Below, one piece after another: positions 1-13,699 of a stretch of DNA of 64,000 bases; position 1 is the stretch's first letter, and every line of letters starts with the position of its first letter. The stretch lies in the NCBI GenBank assembly GCA_013239625.1, contig MU053881.1:13530879-13594878 (forward strand). Reading direction: 5' to 3'. Source of the DNA: Lama guanicoe. Lineage: Eukaryota. Made by a program: the position numbers and the translations under genes. A model generated the notes under the pieces. The model was not told the DNA's origin, did not search any database, and saw only the letters and a program-made list of their open reading frames with translations.

Positions 1-930
1 AGCACTTTAAATACATTGTTCTTCTGTCTTTTTAAAGCCATTGTTTCTGGTGAGACTTTGGCAATAATTTGTATTATTGTTCTCTTGTATATAATGAGTC
101 ATTTTTCTCTGTACTGATGATGATTTTTTCTTCATCTTTGTTTTTCAGTAATTTGACAGTGATGTATCAGTGAGGTTTGCTTTGTATTTGTCATTCTTAA
201 GATTTGCTAATGAGCTTTTTGAAGCATTTAATTTCTGCCTTTAATCACATTTTGAAAACATTTTTTCTGCCCCATTCTCTCTCTTTGGTAACCTCAAGGT
301 TCCAATTTACACATATGTTAGACCTTTCCATATTACTCCACAGATCTCTGGGTCCTTGCACATCGTTCTTCAATTTTTTTCCCCTGTTTTTCAGCTTGGA
401 AAATGTCTATTGATTTATTTTCACCAGCTCTTTCTTCTGTCATCTTAAATATGCTATTAAATGTATCCAATAAATTTTTTGCTTTAGACATTGTAATTTT
501 TAGACCTCGAATTTCTATTTGATTCTTTTTATAGTTTATAGTTTTCTGCTGATATTTGCTATCTTTTCATTCTTTATGACCTTACATTTCCTTACATCTA
601 TAGTTGTAATAGCTACTTTAAAATGTTTGCTAATTCCAAATTCTGGGTCATCTTGGGTCGAGCTCCATTGATTGTATTTTCTCTTGAATATGAGCCATGT
701 TTCCCAGTTTCTTTATATATTGTACTTTGGATTATATCCCAAATATTGTCAATAATTTATTGTAGAGACTCTGGATTGTACTATGTTCTTATCAACAGTG
801 ATTACTTTGTTTTGTTTTATCTGGTTGCTAATTTGCTGGATTCAGACTCCACACACTGTCCCCAGTCTCTGAAGTCTCTATTCAATTATTTTAGCCTAGC
901 TAGTAAGCTTGGAGTTCCTCCCATCTAAGT
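1..930 (-). mobile_element. Ancient L1 (L1M-type) fragment
   Basis: Strongly T-rich degenerate sequence typical of antisense old L1, with no intact ORF. Confidence 0.55.
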
Positions 931-1424
931 ATAGTTCATGGTTAGCTAGATGGTTGGAGTTTATATGGCATATAGCACATAGTAAGGCTCAACAGATGTT
1001 TTGAAATTAATAAATTAATGAGACTAAACCACACATGAGGCAGTGGAGTCAGGCAGACCTTAGTTCAAACTCTTTTTCTGTATTTTTGTTGTTGTTACTT
1101 GATATGTCTATCTTGGGTTCTCCACCTACAAAGGAAGAGAATAAAAGCTGCTTCTCAAGCTTGAGTTAGAAATTGAGTTAACTAGATAGTGTTTGGCACA
1201 TCAGCGTGTGAGGACATTATTATTCCTACGTTGATCAAGAAACGTTTCATGAGAAGAGTGTACTGTGGAGGGGTTCAGAGGAGGCAGCAGCAATTTTCAT
1301 TTGGAGGGGAGACTTTTTGGAGTTATTTGGTATTTGAGGTAGGCCTTGAGGGATGGAAATTATTTAATTCAAAATATCTACTTCTAGTTTTTCAAATTTC
1401 TGTATTGTGTACTTGTTCATCTCT

Positions 1425-1645
1425 GTAGGTATATATGTATGCATATGTATGTATTTATATCTATATTTCCTATAGATGTACCTATAGGTATGAATATCTA
1501 GGTATCTCTATATCTTGCTATATATACATATAGTTCTATAGGTATAAAGACAGGATACACATAGATATATGTACATATGCAAGTATGTATATATAGAGCT
1601 GTAGATATACATGCAGTCATGGATATAGATTAGATGTGTCTATGA
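1425..1645. repeat. Degenerate (TA)/(TATG)/(TAGA) low-complexity tract
   Basis: Repeated TATA, TATG and TAGA units. Confidence 0.75.
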
Positions 1646-2770
1646 AAATACAGAATCAGACACACATAGGCGTTTAAGAATAAACAAAGTATCAAAATGT
1701 CATTTAAAAAATAAGTCAAGGACAAAGTCAAAAGTCCTGAATACTAAGACATTTGCAAAGCTAAAGATGATGAGGAAAGTCACGAAATGTTTGGGTTCAA
1801 AGCATTTTCCAGAATTATTACACTCCCTCCGTCAGAGATGAGCTAAAATCAGAATTAGCATTGTGTCTGACACTTGAAATCTGGATACAAACTTCCTTGT
1901 TCAAAAGAATGACAAAATGTGTGCTGCAGAGCTGAGCTTTTGCTATGTCTGGAGCTAATCTGATTGTGGCTTCAGATGATGTTCGAAATCCCACTGGTGT
2001 TGCAAATAGAATGGTTTATATGAAATATGTAGCTCTTCGTTCTCTGTCATAACAGATTACACCTTGACAGTGTTCTTGATGGTCTGGGAAACCCTGGTAC
2101 ACTGATGTAAGAGATAGCTGACCATTTTAAGGCAGTGAGAGCTGATGACAGGGAACTACTATTTTGGAGTTCCGAGTTCTAGTGTTGGCTCAGCTACTTG
2201 CGGTGCAAACCTACCTAACTGAAAAAGGATCTCTTGTTCATTCCCTTCTGGTTAAAATTGGGAGCAGACAGGGGGCACTCTCATTTGCCTTCTAAATAAT
2301 ATTTACCAAAATGAATTTGTGAACAGTCTACAAAAAGAATAGGTATGTACTATCAGGCTGCAATAGGTAACAATGATCATGTGGTGCTTTTGGAATTTTT
2401 TTTCCTAAATTATATCACATTTAGTAACTGAAGGCTAAAAAATTACTTTTAACCACATAATTAAAAAAAATGTGTAACTACTAAAAGAAAAATTAAATCT
2501 ATTTTCAGTTAGTGATCGATAAGTCCATTAAAACAGAACTTATAATTGTAATCAACAGCTAGGAGAAAATTGCTGTTTTGACGTTGAAAGAAATCTAAAC
2601 TGGTTTACATAGTAGCGTTTGTATACTGTCAAAAATGCAGTTTCTCAAATATACATTGTGTTTGCTTTTACACATAGATCCAGTAATTTTTCTTGACAAT
2701 TTTAATTTGTTTCTTTTTGATCAGCTCTCTCTCTTGGAAATTTCAAAGTGATGCTTAAGGATCAGGAATT

Positions 2771-2914
2771 GGGGGGAGAGCGTACAGCTCAGTGGTAGAG
2801 ACTGTGCTTAGTGTGCACGAGGTCCTGGCTTCAATCCCCAGTACCTCCACTAAAAACAAATAAACAAACAAAACTTAATTATCTCTCCCCCCCAAAAACA
2901 AACAAACAAACAAA
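2771..2914 (+). mobile_element. tRNA-Ala-derived SINE (Vic-1-like, camelid)
   Basis: Head GGGGGGAGAGCGTACAGCTCAGTGGTAGAG...GGCTTCAATCCCCAGTACCTCCA with A/B-box-like motifs, followed by an A-rich / C-run / (AAAC)n tail. Confidence 0.88.
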
Positions 2915-3199
2915 CTCTCTTAAAGTATTTCCTTTCATCTAGGACTTAGTCTGGATTAACTTTCTTAACTGTGATCATCTCTGAATCTAAGCCTGAATTG
3001 GTCTGTTTTTAATGGCAAGACTACTCAGTTCTATTTTTAGAACTGATTGCAATGAAGAATGATTTGAAAATGTTATCAATGATCCTGATTGCAAAATAAA
3101 ATTGCAAATTGTTTGCAGAGCCTGTTTAACAACAGGCTTCTCTCTACTGTGCCCAGAATGATCCCTACTACCTCGTCAACCCTCCCTCCTGCTGCTGTG

Positions 3200-3420
3200 G
3201 CTGAAGAATTCATGACTCTTCTTCCAGAATTTGTCATTGCCTAGCTGCGTGACCTTGGGCATGTCAACTAACTATTAGCTTTTCTGTGCCTTGATTTTCT
3301 TCACCTGTAACAATGAGATAACACCTGCCTTGCCTAAGTCACAGGTTTATTGTGAAGATAGAATGAGTTACTATTTGTGAACATGTTTTTTAAGTCATAA
3401 AGAGCTATAGAAGGTATTTT
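3200..3420 (+). mobile_element. MIR
   Basis: GTGACCTTGGGCA...TTCTTCACCTGTAACAATGAGATAA core. Confidence 0.65.
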
Positions 3421-6400
3421 ATGATCTTGGTTTAGCTTTAAAAAGATATTCCAAAGAAACAGGATCACAAACGGGTCTTTTATGGAACCACTAACTCTAA
3501 GGAAGTTCACATAAAAGTAAATGTATTGCAGGCACTAATTCAAGTCCATGAAGTAAGTTTAGCGGTAAAGAGTTAGGCTCTAAAGTCAGAAAAAACTGTT
3601 TAAGTCACAGTTCTGTCTTCTATTGACTCTTTGACCTTGAACAAATTAGAAAATCTACTTGAGCCTTCATCTTATGGATAAAGTGCAGATAGTATTGACT
3701 TAATAACCTATTAATTAGGATAGGCTAGGTCAGATTATGCTGAGATAATAAACAACTCCAACATTTTAGCTGCCTCTACAACGAAAGGTTTGTTTGCCAT
3801 CCCACTTCGAGGGGTCAGAGAAGTGTAATCCTATCACAGACCTTGGAGGAGAATTGGAAATATCTGAAGGCCCACCCGAAATATTGCTGCAAACAAGTTG
3901 TTTTAAAATGATAAAATATGAAATGCTTATCCCAATGCCTGGACAGATATCAAGAATTCAATTTTTTTTAATGGTGTATTTACTATTACCTCAGTTCATG
4001 TATGTTTTACACACAGAGATAATTTTGAGATTTCCATAATCTACACTTGCAACGCCCTGGCCAATGAAGCAGAAAATCAGACTCAAACAGAAACTTGGTA
4101 TCTAGGTTATTCTGTAATAAGGGATAATAATTTCTCTCCCCCTTCAATATATGTTTTTCTCCCCTAAAAAATAGTCGCAAAGAGAAGTACTGTGACTGTG
4201 AAAATATTATATGATATTGCAAAGCAATTTGAGCTTTTAAGAAGTACCTGTGTGATACGCAGTGAATCTATTTTTTATTGAGAGATGGCCCAGAGCTATC
4301 ATTCCTGATGCTTCAAAGAAGGGATAACACTTGCAAATAGATCCTGCTTTTAAAATGACTTTGCGGTCCGTCCCCTGGAAGCCCTCTGACTGTTCTTCCA
4401 TTCTGCATGGAGACCGTGATTCACGCTGACGCTCTGTGATCCCCAAAATATCCTAGCTTCTAATCCTGATGACAATTACAGATAAGCACGTCAGAGGGAG
4501 GAAAAATGAAAAACAAAGGCACTGATGGAGTGACCAGCGTAGTTCCTTGGCACATTCTACACTCACCGGCCATTGCTGTGTACCCTAGATAGTCTGAGTA
4601 CCACCTCTTTAGTTAACATTTAGTCTTACAGTTGTCCATTCTTTCTGAAACCTGGTGCCAATTATTCTGGTTATATAAGAATAAATAGAAGAATTACATA
4701 AGAATAAATATCCAAGCTCTGTAGGTTTTTTTTCTGTCCAATGTAAAAGTCTCCCATACAAAATCACAAATATATAAATTAATACTATTAAATAAAAGTA
4801 ATGAATTTTTGGAACCATAAGGCCCATTAAAGGAGAAATGGGTCGTACTTATTTACCAGCGGCTATTCCAGCCATCATCGCCCGCTCCCCTCCTGCACAG
4901 CTCCAGCACAGGCTAAAAATGTTCACTGAAAAATGAAAGATGATACTTAATGCCAACTCAGGTATCTGGGTGGTTATGAAATGCAAGACAAGCTTCTTGA
5001 ATATGGTGCTCAGATTGGGGTGGCAGCAAATAGTATTCTTAATCAGCTTGGAATGAGCAATTATAAAAGAATGGTTATTATATTCAGTTCCAGCAAGCAT
5101 CTTCATATTTCCCAGCCTCCCTGCCCCGTGACCAGATGTGTTTAACTATGAGCCCCTTCAGACACATGCACTGGTTTTGAGACGCTTTGGAAAGGACTAT
5201 TTTGGGGGCGTGGGCACAATTAGATATTCAGTTTTATGCAGGTGTTCCATCTCCGACAGGCTTTTCTTTTCTCACACCCCCCCACCTTCTTTTCTTTTTA
5301 TTTTTGTAAATCTATTTGTTGAATAGAATTCTGGCCTGGAGAGCCACAGCATTTGTCAGTGGGAGAAGGTGTGGGTGGGAACAAATGTATTTTTCGAGTC
5401 ACTGCCTCACTCTGCACTCGGAGCACGACTCCTACTGTCGGGATGGATACCTGTGAGCATTCTTCCCTCAGGGGCAAGCTTCGATACTTAATTTATGGAT
5501 GAGCTCAGCCTGGTTTTAGAAAATACCTCGTGATGTAAGACTAAGAATCAAGGAAAAAGATCAAGCTCTCACAGTAGCTGCTTGCTAATTAATCCTGGTG
5601 ATTAACCACCTGAGAGAATCATCTAAGAATAGCTGTATTGGGCAGTATTTTTTTCCCCCTATCTTTCTTCGCCCTCTATCTTTGGCTATCCACAAACAGG
5701 AGAAGACAGAGGGTATTTGGAAGCGAACATTTTGATAGTTCCAAAGCAATAATCAAGGCTGGAATGTCTTTAGGGATTTTTGCTTTGGTCAACTGTTCTC
5801 TCTCCAAGAGATGCCTTTCTTTTCATTTGCAGTCTTGTTTTCCTTTTCAAATAATTCTGCTTGGGATAGCTTCAGATGTATGCATAAAGCCATAGAAAAG
5901 ATTTGAGATTTTCATAAAATCCAAACTCTGGAGGGAATGTAATTAATTCTACGTAGCATAATCTATTTCATTATGAAGTATGTAACCCAATCAGGACTGA
6001 AAATTTACAAGTAATGCTTTCATTATATAGACAAAAATCTGACTTGGTCCATTTCAAATCATCTAAAGTATGTAATAATTTATTAAGTAGTCTATTTGTA
6101 TACACACATAAATTATAAATAAAGCAGACAAAATGTATTGAACACTTGGTCTATGCTAAGCATTATATTATATTTATACACAAACTCCAATGACTTTATG
6201 TATTACCTTGTATATTCATATATTTATCTTAAATCTAATGATGAATGAGTTGGCTAAAATGGTCATAGAATGAACCTGACTGTTCAATAATTAGGAGATG
6301 ACATAAAATTCTACCATCCAGCAAACTCTGAGAGCATTTCACTATAGTTCACTCCAGATATTTCTGTCCACATATGTATATATAGAGAGAAAAATTTCGA

Positions 6401-7314
6401 AAATGGGATCTACAGACCATTTGGAAATGTAGTATGGTCTAAAGAGCCTAAGTATGGATTTTTTTCTCAGTTGTATTACTTTTGTTCATTATCATGACTA
6501 TGCAGATGTTTACTCTTTGTGGTCCAGATTCTGCCCTCCGAAAGCTCAAGTACACAGGTGTTTCCTTTGAAAGGAACTGCCCTGAAGTTCACCATCCAAC
6601 AGTTCATTAGTTCCCTCTGCGGTACAGCAGGAAGATGGAAGAAGCTTAGAAATTCTCCCGCTAACTAGACATACGACCTTCAGCAAACATTACCCTTCCC
6701 TGGAATTCATTATGTGTATCTATTCAATGAGGGAATGAGAATAAATGACTCTTGAATCTTAGTGACTTCATCTAATCTCTCCAGGGAGGTCAAGGCTTCC
6801 TCTCACATACTCACAACCTACCCCTTGGTCTGCTGAGATGGGTCCTGGGACAAAGAGGCACAAAGGAACCCACTTCCATTCTTTCACTCAACAGAACTTC
6901 ACTAAGCTCAGCTTCTGTGCTAAGTACTCAAGATATAGGAGTAAACACGCAGCTATGATTCTCTGTCTAACAAATTGTATATTCTGGATACTTAAACTTT
7001 CCTCTAGTCTAGATTTGAAGGTCATTCTGAAATTCTGGAGGCTCATATTTTCAATATCAGGGCAAGAGGATCAAATAGGTAGGACTAAGAGATAAAACCC
7101 AGCTAATTAATAGTAAAGAAAAGCCGTTGGTCTGGCTTGTTTTCTGTGTATCACTCAGTTTCTAATCTATTGTCATGGTTGCTGATGAGATAGCATTCAA
7201 GGTTTTAGAGATCCTGAATCTGGTCACATGCCACTTTTGTTCTTTGCAGCTCTAAAAGTCTGTCATATCCAGCTAGCTTTAATATATAATGAAATTTTTG
7301 GTTGTTAAGTATTT

Positions 7315-7912
7315 TTTTTACATTTTTTATTGATTCATAATCATTTTACAGTGTTGTGTCAAATTCCAGTGTTCAGCACAATTTTTCAGTCATTCATGGA
7401 CATATACACACTCATTGTCACATTTTTTTCTCTGTGATTTATCATAACATTTTGTGTATATTTCCCTGTGCTATACAGTGTAATCTTGTTTATCTATTCT
7501 ACAATTTTGAAATCCCAGTCTATCCCTTCCCACCCTCTACCCCCTCCCGTAACCACAAGTCTGTATTCTCTGTCCATGAGTCTATTTCTGTCCTGTATTT
7601 ATGCTTTGTTTTTGTTTGTTTGTTTGTTTTTGTTTTTTAGATTCCACATATGAGCGATCTCATATGGTATTTTTCTTTCTCTTTCTGGCTTACTTCACTT
7701 AGAATGACATTCTCTAGGAGCATCCATGTTGCTGCAAATGGCATTATGTTGTCGGGTTTTATGGCTGAGTAGTATTCCATTGTATAAATATACCACCTCT
7801 TCTTTATCCAGTCACCTGTTGATGGACATTTAGGTTGTTACCATGTTTTGGCTATTGTAAATAGTGCTGCTATGAACATTGGGGTGCAAGTGTCATCCTG
7901 AAGTAGATTTCC
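7315..7912 (-). mobile_element. Young 5'-truncated L1 (ORF2 end plus 3'UTR)
   Basis: Typical antisense L1 end (TTTAGATTCCACATATGAG...GCTATTGTAAATAGTGCTGCTATGAACATTGGGGTGC). Perfect 18-bp TSD TTTGGTTGTTAAGTATTT at 7297-7314 and 7913-7930. Confidence 0.93.
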
Positions 7913-9079
7913 TTTGGTTGTTAAGTATTTATTTAAAATCAGCTACAATACCAGTCAGCATTTCCAGCACTTGGCACATTGTTAGGAATTAACATTATGT
8001 TTGTTCAATGAATTAATTACTCAGGTTCATCTCTTCTTAAAGTGCTCACTCCACACACTGGAACACAAAGGTGAGAGGCAGGGATTCATTTGATCTACTT
8101 AGATCTTAGCTAGAACATATGATATGCAGAAAGTGGAGGCAAATTAGAAAAGGAAAAATGGGCAAAGATTACTGTTTGCCTTCTAAATCTGGTGCCTGTA
8201 CATCCTCCACTGTACTGACCCTGAGTGTTCCTCGAGTTGAGGATAGAACAAAGGCTCTATAGAATCAAAGTTTGGTGCTGTTTTTTTTTAAATTGATGCA
8301 ATCATCTTTATTGAGCACCTACTATGTCTTAATTATGTTCTATATTCTGCAAATTAAGAAGCAAATATATGTTTTTCAATCCCACCCAATAAGATCTTTA
8401 TACAAAAATAATCCAAACAAAGCTCAGTTTAGAATGAGAATAGGATAAGAGTGTTATCCCAAAAGTCTTAAATAAATGTTTGAAATCACATCACTATTTT
8501 CAATATTATCATCTGCAATTATGTATCAGAAGACAATAGTATTCATAGATTCCGATAACGGGGTCCTTTATCCATTGCTATGCTTGCTCTTAGCTCTCTG
8601 TTTTTCCAGAACTGGTCCTTGATATACGTATTAGGTCCTAATATATACATATTAGGAAGAAAACATCTCAGAAGGTGAAATTGGTGCAGTATTTTTCTTC
8701 TCAACCGTGCATAATTCGTTTCTTTAGCTGTGTCAGTTGCCTAGGAAACCTTAGTAGGGTACCATTCGATTGGCTGTCATCTTGGACTTATCATGAGCAT
8801 TCTGAACGTAGAGTGAGAGTATCATAGCCCGGGATAAGTTGTTCCAAAGATATAACAATGCATCTCTGTGCTTATTTGCAAGCAGATGCAAACTATACTG
8901 AGTTGGAGGTGACATAATGTTGCAGGAAGAACTGTGCATGGAATTTTAAAGACTCTCATAACAGATACTATATAGCACAATTTTCTCAGTACTGCAAACT
9001 TGATCTCTTACCAGGTAGCCAAGATTTGTTTTCTAACCTGTAGTCTGGGACTCGTAATTTAAGGTTCAAATTTGAGATT

Positions 9080-9200
9080 TGGTGGGGGGGAGGAGTGGTA
9101 ATTAGGCTTTTATTTATTTTTAAGGGAGGTACTGGGGAATGACTCCAGGACCTTGTACATGCTAAGCATGCACGCTACCACTGAGCTATACCCTCCCCCC
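9080..9200 (-). mobile_element. tRNA-Ala-derived SINE (Vic-1-like)
   Basis: Reverse-complement head ...CTACCACTGAGCTATACCCTCCCCCC. Flanking direct repeat TTGAGATT at 9072-9079 and 9201-9208. Confidence 0.88.
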
Positions 9201-9377
9201 TTGAGATTCTTAATTGTAATATTTAGCCAGAGAAGTAGAGCTGTTTATTAAGCCAGGGTATTTTACCTGCTTGTGGTTGAGGATTAAATTACCTATGATA
9301 TATTTTCCAGTACTGTCACACTCATGACATAATGTATTTAATAATAATTTTAATATGAGTAATACACTACAATTTAT

Positions 9378-9496
9378 TACTATTTTTATTTGGGGGGGTA
9401 ATTGGTTTATTTAATTTAATGGAGGTGCTGGGGATTGAACCCAGGACCTCCTGCTTGCTAAGCATGTGCTCTACTGCTGAGCTATACCCTCTCCAC
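9378..9496 (-). mobile_element. tRNA-Ala-derived SINE (Vic-1-like)
   Basis: Reverse-complement head. TSD AAT(A/C)CACTACAATTTAT at 9361-9377 and 9497-9513 (16/17 identical). Confidence 0.9.
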
Positions 9497-9879
9497 AATC
9501 CACTACAATTTATAAACTGTTTCTGGAGCCTATAACCTAGGTAGAATACTTTTAATTAGCTCACTTGAAAGATGAGATATTAAAGACCCAAACACATGAA
9601 GCTGTTCGTGTGTGATCACCCAATGGAGAAGTAGCAGAGCTGAACTCATATAGAGGTTGGCTCTCTCTATAAGATTTTCAAAGTGTCCATATCTAACCAA
9701 ACAGCAAGTCTTTGGTACCTTCAGCTCCAAAATACATCTGAAATCCATCTGGTTCTCTGATTCTCTGCTATCTCACTTTTTTTTTTTCCTTCCAGACCTC
9801 CACAGTAGACTCTTAAATGGTTTCCTTGATACAACTCTAACTTCCTAAAATTCATTCTCCCCACAGCAGTCAAGTATTT

Positions 9880-12310
9880 TTAAAATTTTAATGTAGGTGT
9901 ATTTGAAGTAAAATTTACATGCCACGAAAGGCACAGATTGTAAAAATACAATCCAGTGAGTTTTGGTAAATATATACCTCATGTAACTACTACCCAAATT
10001 GGGATACAGAACATTTTCAAAATTCCAGAAATTTCTCTCATGCCCTCTTCCCATCCCCATCCCTCAGAGGAAACCACTATTTTGATTTCTTTCATATGGA
10101 AACATGTAAATGAAATCATGCATCATGTACTCTTCTGATTCTGGCTTCTTTCCTCAACAAAGTACTTTTGAAATGCATCCACGTTGTTGCATGTGTGAGG
10201 AGTTTGTTATTTTTACGGCGGTTTAGTAGTCCTTTGGAAGCACTGATCTAAATTTGTTTATCTATTTGACTGTTGATGGATTCTTGAGTTATTTCCTATT
10301 TTTTATTATTATGCCACAGTAATTTTTTAGGTAAAATCTTATTTTAGAATAGTTTCCGACTTACAGAAAAATTGTGAAGATAGCAAAGAGTTCCTGTATA
10401 CCCCACACCTAGTTTACCCTATTTTAAAACCTTACATTAGTGTCATATATTTGTCCAATAATAAGCCAGTGTTGACACATTATTATTACCTATAGTTCAT
10501 ACTTTATTCGGATTTCCTTAGATTTTCCCTAATGCTATTTCTCTATTCCAAGATTCCATCTGGAATCCAAGATGCCGGAATACCACATTATACTCAGTTC
10601 ACATGTTTCCTTAGGCTTCTCTAGGCTGTGACAGTTTCTCAGACTGTCCCTGTTTTTGATGACTTCGAGAGTTTTGAAGATTAGTAGAGAGGCATTTTTT
10701 AGAATATCTCTGAATTGGGTTTTTTTTTTTCTTATGATTAAACTAGAGTTGTGGGTTTTGGGGGGAAATGGCCACAGAAGTAAGATGCCGTTTTTTACTG
10801 TATTGTAGCAAGAGTTCACGCTACCCGTATGACATCACTGCGGATATGAAATGTGATCCCTGGGCTGAGTGTCTGTCGGGTTTCTCCACTGTAACTTCTT
10901 CTTTTCCTCCTTTCCAAAATGTCCTCTTTGGAAGGAAGTCATGGTGCACAGCCCATACTTAAGGGCTGGAGAGTTATGCCTACTTCCTCCCCCACCTTCA
11001 GGGGGCAGTTTCTACGTAAATTATTTGGAATTCTTCTGCAGAGGAAACGTGGCTCTTCCCCATTTATTTATTTAATCATTTATTAATACATAAGCATGGA
11101 CTCATGGATATTTATTTTATACTTTATGTTACAATCTAATACTACGTTATTCACTTTTCTCTTCAAACTGTTCCAGCTTTGTCCATCCAGAAGCCTTTCA
11201 GCTTGCTTCTGTGCCCTTTGGCATACTTCCACCGTTGTGTATGGTATTCCATTTTGTTCTGTCTTTTTGTTTGTTTGTTTGTTTTCAGTTCTTCTTTGCT
11301 TTCTGGCATTACAACATGCTCCAGGCTCATGTTGCATATACCTTCTCCAGTTCTAGAATCATGCTTTTCTTCAGAGAGTCTTTGCTCCTTCTATGGGAAG
11401 AATAGTATTAAAAACCAAGAGCTTCCATAAAGCTCATCTGTGCCATTCACAGATTAAAATATTTTAATTGTAATAACATGTAATTTATCATCTTTTTTTT
11501 TTAATTTCCTGGATGTGTTTTTGGTGTGGTGCCTAAAAGGTGATCACCAAACCCAAGGTCATATAGATTTTTCACCTATGTTTTCTTCTATAATGTTTAT
11601 AGTTCTTCATTTTACATCTATGTATATAATCTGTTTTAAATTAATTTTTGTGTGAGGTAAAATATCTGTGGTTAGGCTCATATTTCTATATGGATGTCCA
11701 AATTTTTTTTCAGCATCGTCAGTTGAAAAAATTACCCTTTCAAGCACCACTGGTTGAAAAGACTATCTTTTCTCCATGGAATTGCCTTGTGCCTTTGTTA
11801 AGTTAACTAAATTTGTGTGTGTCTGTTTCTGAGCTCTATTTTCACATTGATCTATGTGTCCATTCTTTCCCCAAAACAGGGTTCTGTGATTACTGTAGCT
11901 TTATAGTCAGTCTTGAGGTATGGTAGTTCAGTCATCCAATTTTATTTTGCTTCTTCAGTATTGTGTTGGCTATTCTGTGTCCTTCGCATCTGCATATAAA
12001 TTTTAGAATCAGTTTGTCAATATCTATAAAATAGCTTGCTACAATCTTGACTGGGAAAGGGTTGAATCTATAGATCAAGTTGGAGAGAACTGACATCTTA
12101 ACAAGACTGGGTCTTCCAGTCTATGAACGTACAATACATTTCCACTTATATAGATCTTCTTTCACCCAGTATTTTTTCAGTTTTCTTCCTACAGATCTTA
12201 TGCATATTTTCTTATATTTATACCCAGCTACTTACTTTTTTGAGGGGCTAATAGAATTTTCTTAAATAGGATTTTTTTTTAAATTTCAAATTCCAATTTT
12301 TTTATAGCTG
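9880..12310 (-). mobile_element. Composite of old L1M fragments (3'UTRs and ORF2 remnant)
   Basis: L1 3'-end motifs at ~9890 and ~10325. Antisense ORF2-like sequence at 11450-12310 (e.g. TTTAGAATCAGTTTGTCAATATCT, GAATCTATAGATCAAGTTGGAGAGAACTGACATCTTAAC). Confidence 0.75.
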
Positions 12311-12339
12311 GTACAAAGAGTTAAGTTTTGAAACACTAA

Positions 12340-12890
12340 GCAATGTCACGTTGAACCACTGCCCTTAAAATGCAAATTCCTTACTCTGGCCTATAAGACC
12401 CAGCCAATCTCTCTAAACTAATCTCAAACCAGGTTACCCTTTGATGCTTAAAGCTCAAACTCACTGTCTTTTAAGATTTCATTTCCAGCTTTTTCATGCC
12501 TTAGGGCTTTTGGGCTTGCCCTTCATTTTGCCTGGTTTTGTCTTCTTTTAAGTGGTTTTCTGTTTGGTTCTGGCTCCTTTCATCCAGGTCTCAATTCAGA
12601 TTTTACATGTCAGAGTGGGCTTCCCTAACCACTCCATCTAAAACAGACTCAACTTTCCTTCCGTCACTCCTCTTCACTTATCTTTCAAACCCTTTATAGT
12701 ACTTATTACTATTTGGAATTATCTTGTTTATTTGTTATTCTTCCTGCTTATTATTGGTCTTTACCCAAATGGAACATATGCTAGATGAGAGTAAAGATTT
12801 TGCCTTCTTTACTCACTACCGTATCCTCAGTCCTTGTTACCATGTTGAAAGTATAGGAGATGCCCATGTGAATCTCTTTCAATGAATGAT
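12340..12890 (+). mobile_element. L2 3' fragment
   Basis: Pyrimidine-rich L2 body ending ...TCAATGAATGA. Confidence 0.6.
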
Positions 12891-13314
12891 TGCATTTTCT
12901 TTTAATAAGAAAGACGCACCAAGATCAAATGCCTCCATTTCAGTGGAATCTTCCTTGTGTCCCTAAACTGGAAGTGATTACACTCTGCTCTGTTTCCCTA
13001 AGAAAGTATTCCTTCTTATGCAATAATTTATAGTTCTGCTTGTTTATATGCATCTTTTGTCTCCTACTGTGCTACAAAAATCACTGAGAACAGGGGCAGT
13101 AATTTATTCATCTTTGCATTCTTCATATCTTTTAAAAGAGTATCTTAATTTGAATTTCTAAAAATTAATAGATAGAAAGCAAATGGGCTGGTAACTAGAC
13201 GATCTTGGATCTAGTCCATATAGATTTCACCAACTAATCACATAACTATTGAAAACCATCTCACCTCAGTAGGTCTTATTTTACATTGAGAGAATTAGGC
13301 TGGACTGGTAATTC

Positions 13315-13525
13315 TTTTTTTTTTTTAATGTTGTGTTAGTTTCTGGTGTACAGCATAGTAATTCAGTTATACATATGTATTATTTTTCATATTCTTTTTC
13401 ATTATAGGTTATTACAAGATACTGATTAGAGTTCCCTGGGCTATACAATAGGACCTTGTTGTTGATCTATTTTATATATAGTAGTTAGTATCTGCAATTT
13501 CAAACCCATAATTTATCCCTTCCCC
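13315..13525 (-). mobile_element. Short L1 3' end
   Basis: Poly-T followed by AATGTTGTGTTAGTTTCTGGTGTACAGCATAGT...GTTCCCTGGGCTATACAATAGGACCTTGTTG, typical of artiodactyl L1 tails. Confidence 0.8.
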
Positions 13526-13699
13526 AAGACAAGCAGTATTTTTTGAGGAAATAGAATCTGGACAACATATGGAGAAACTGGTCCGAAATAGAAGGGATTC
13601 CTCCTCTTATGTCAATGATAAGAAGGGAAGAGAGGATTAGATTGGTAAGTCTTAAATTTTTTTTTTTCTTTTGAAGGAGGCACACTGTCAGTGCTCCAC

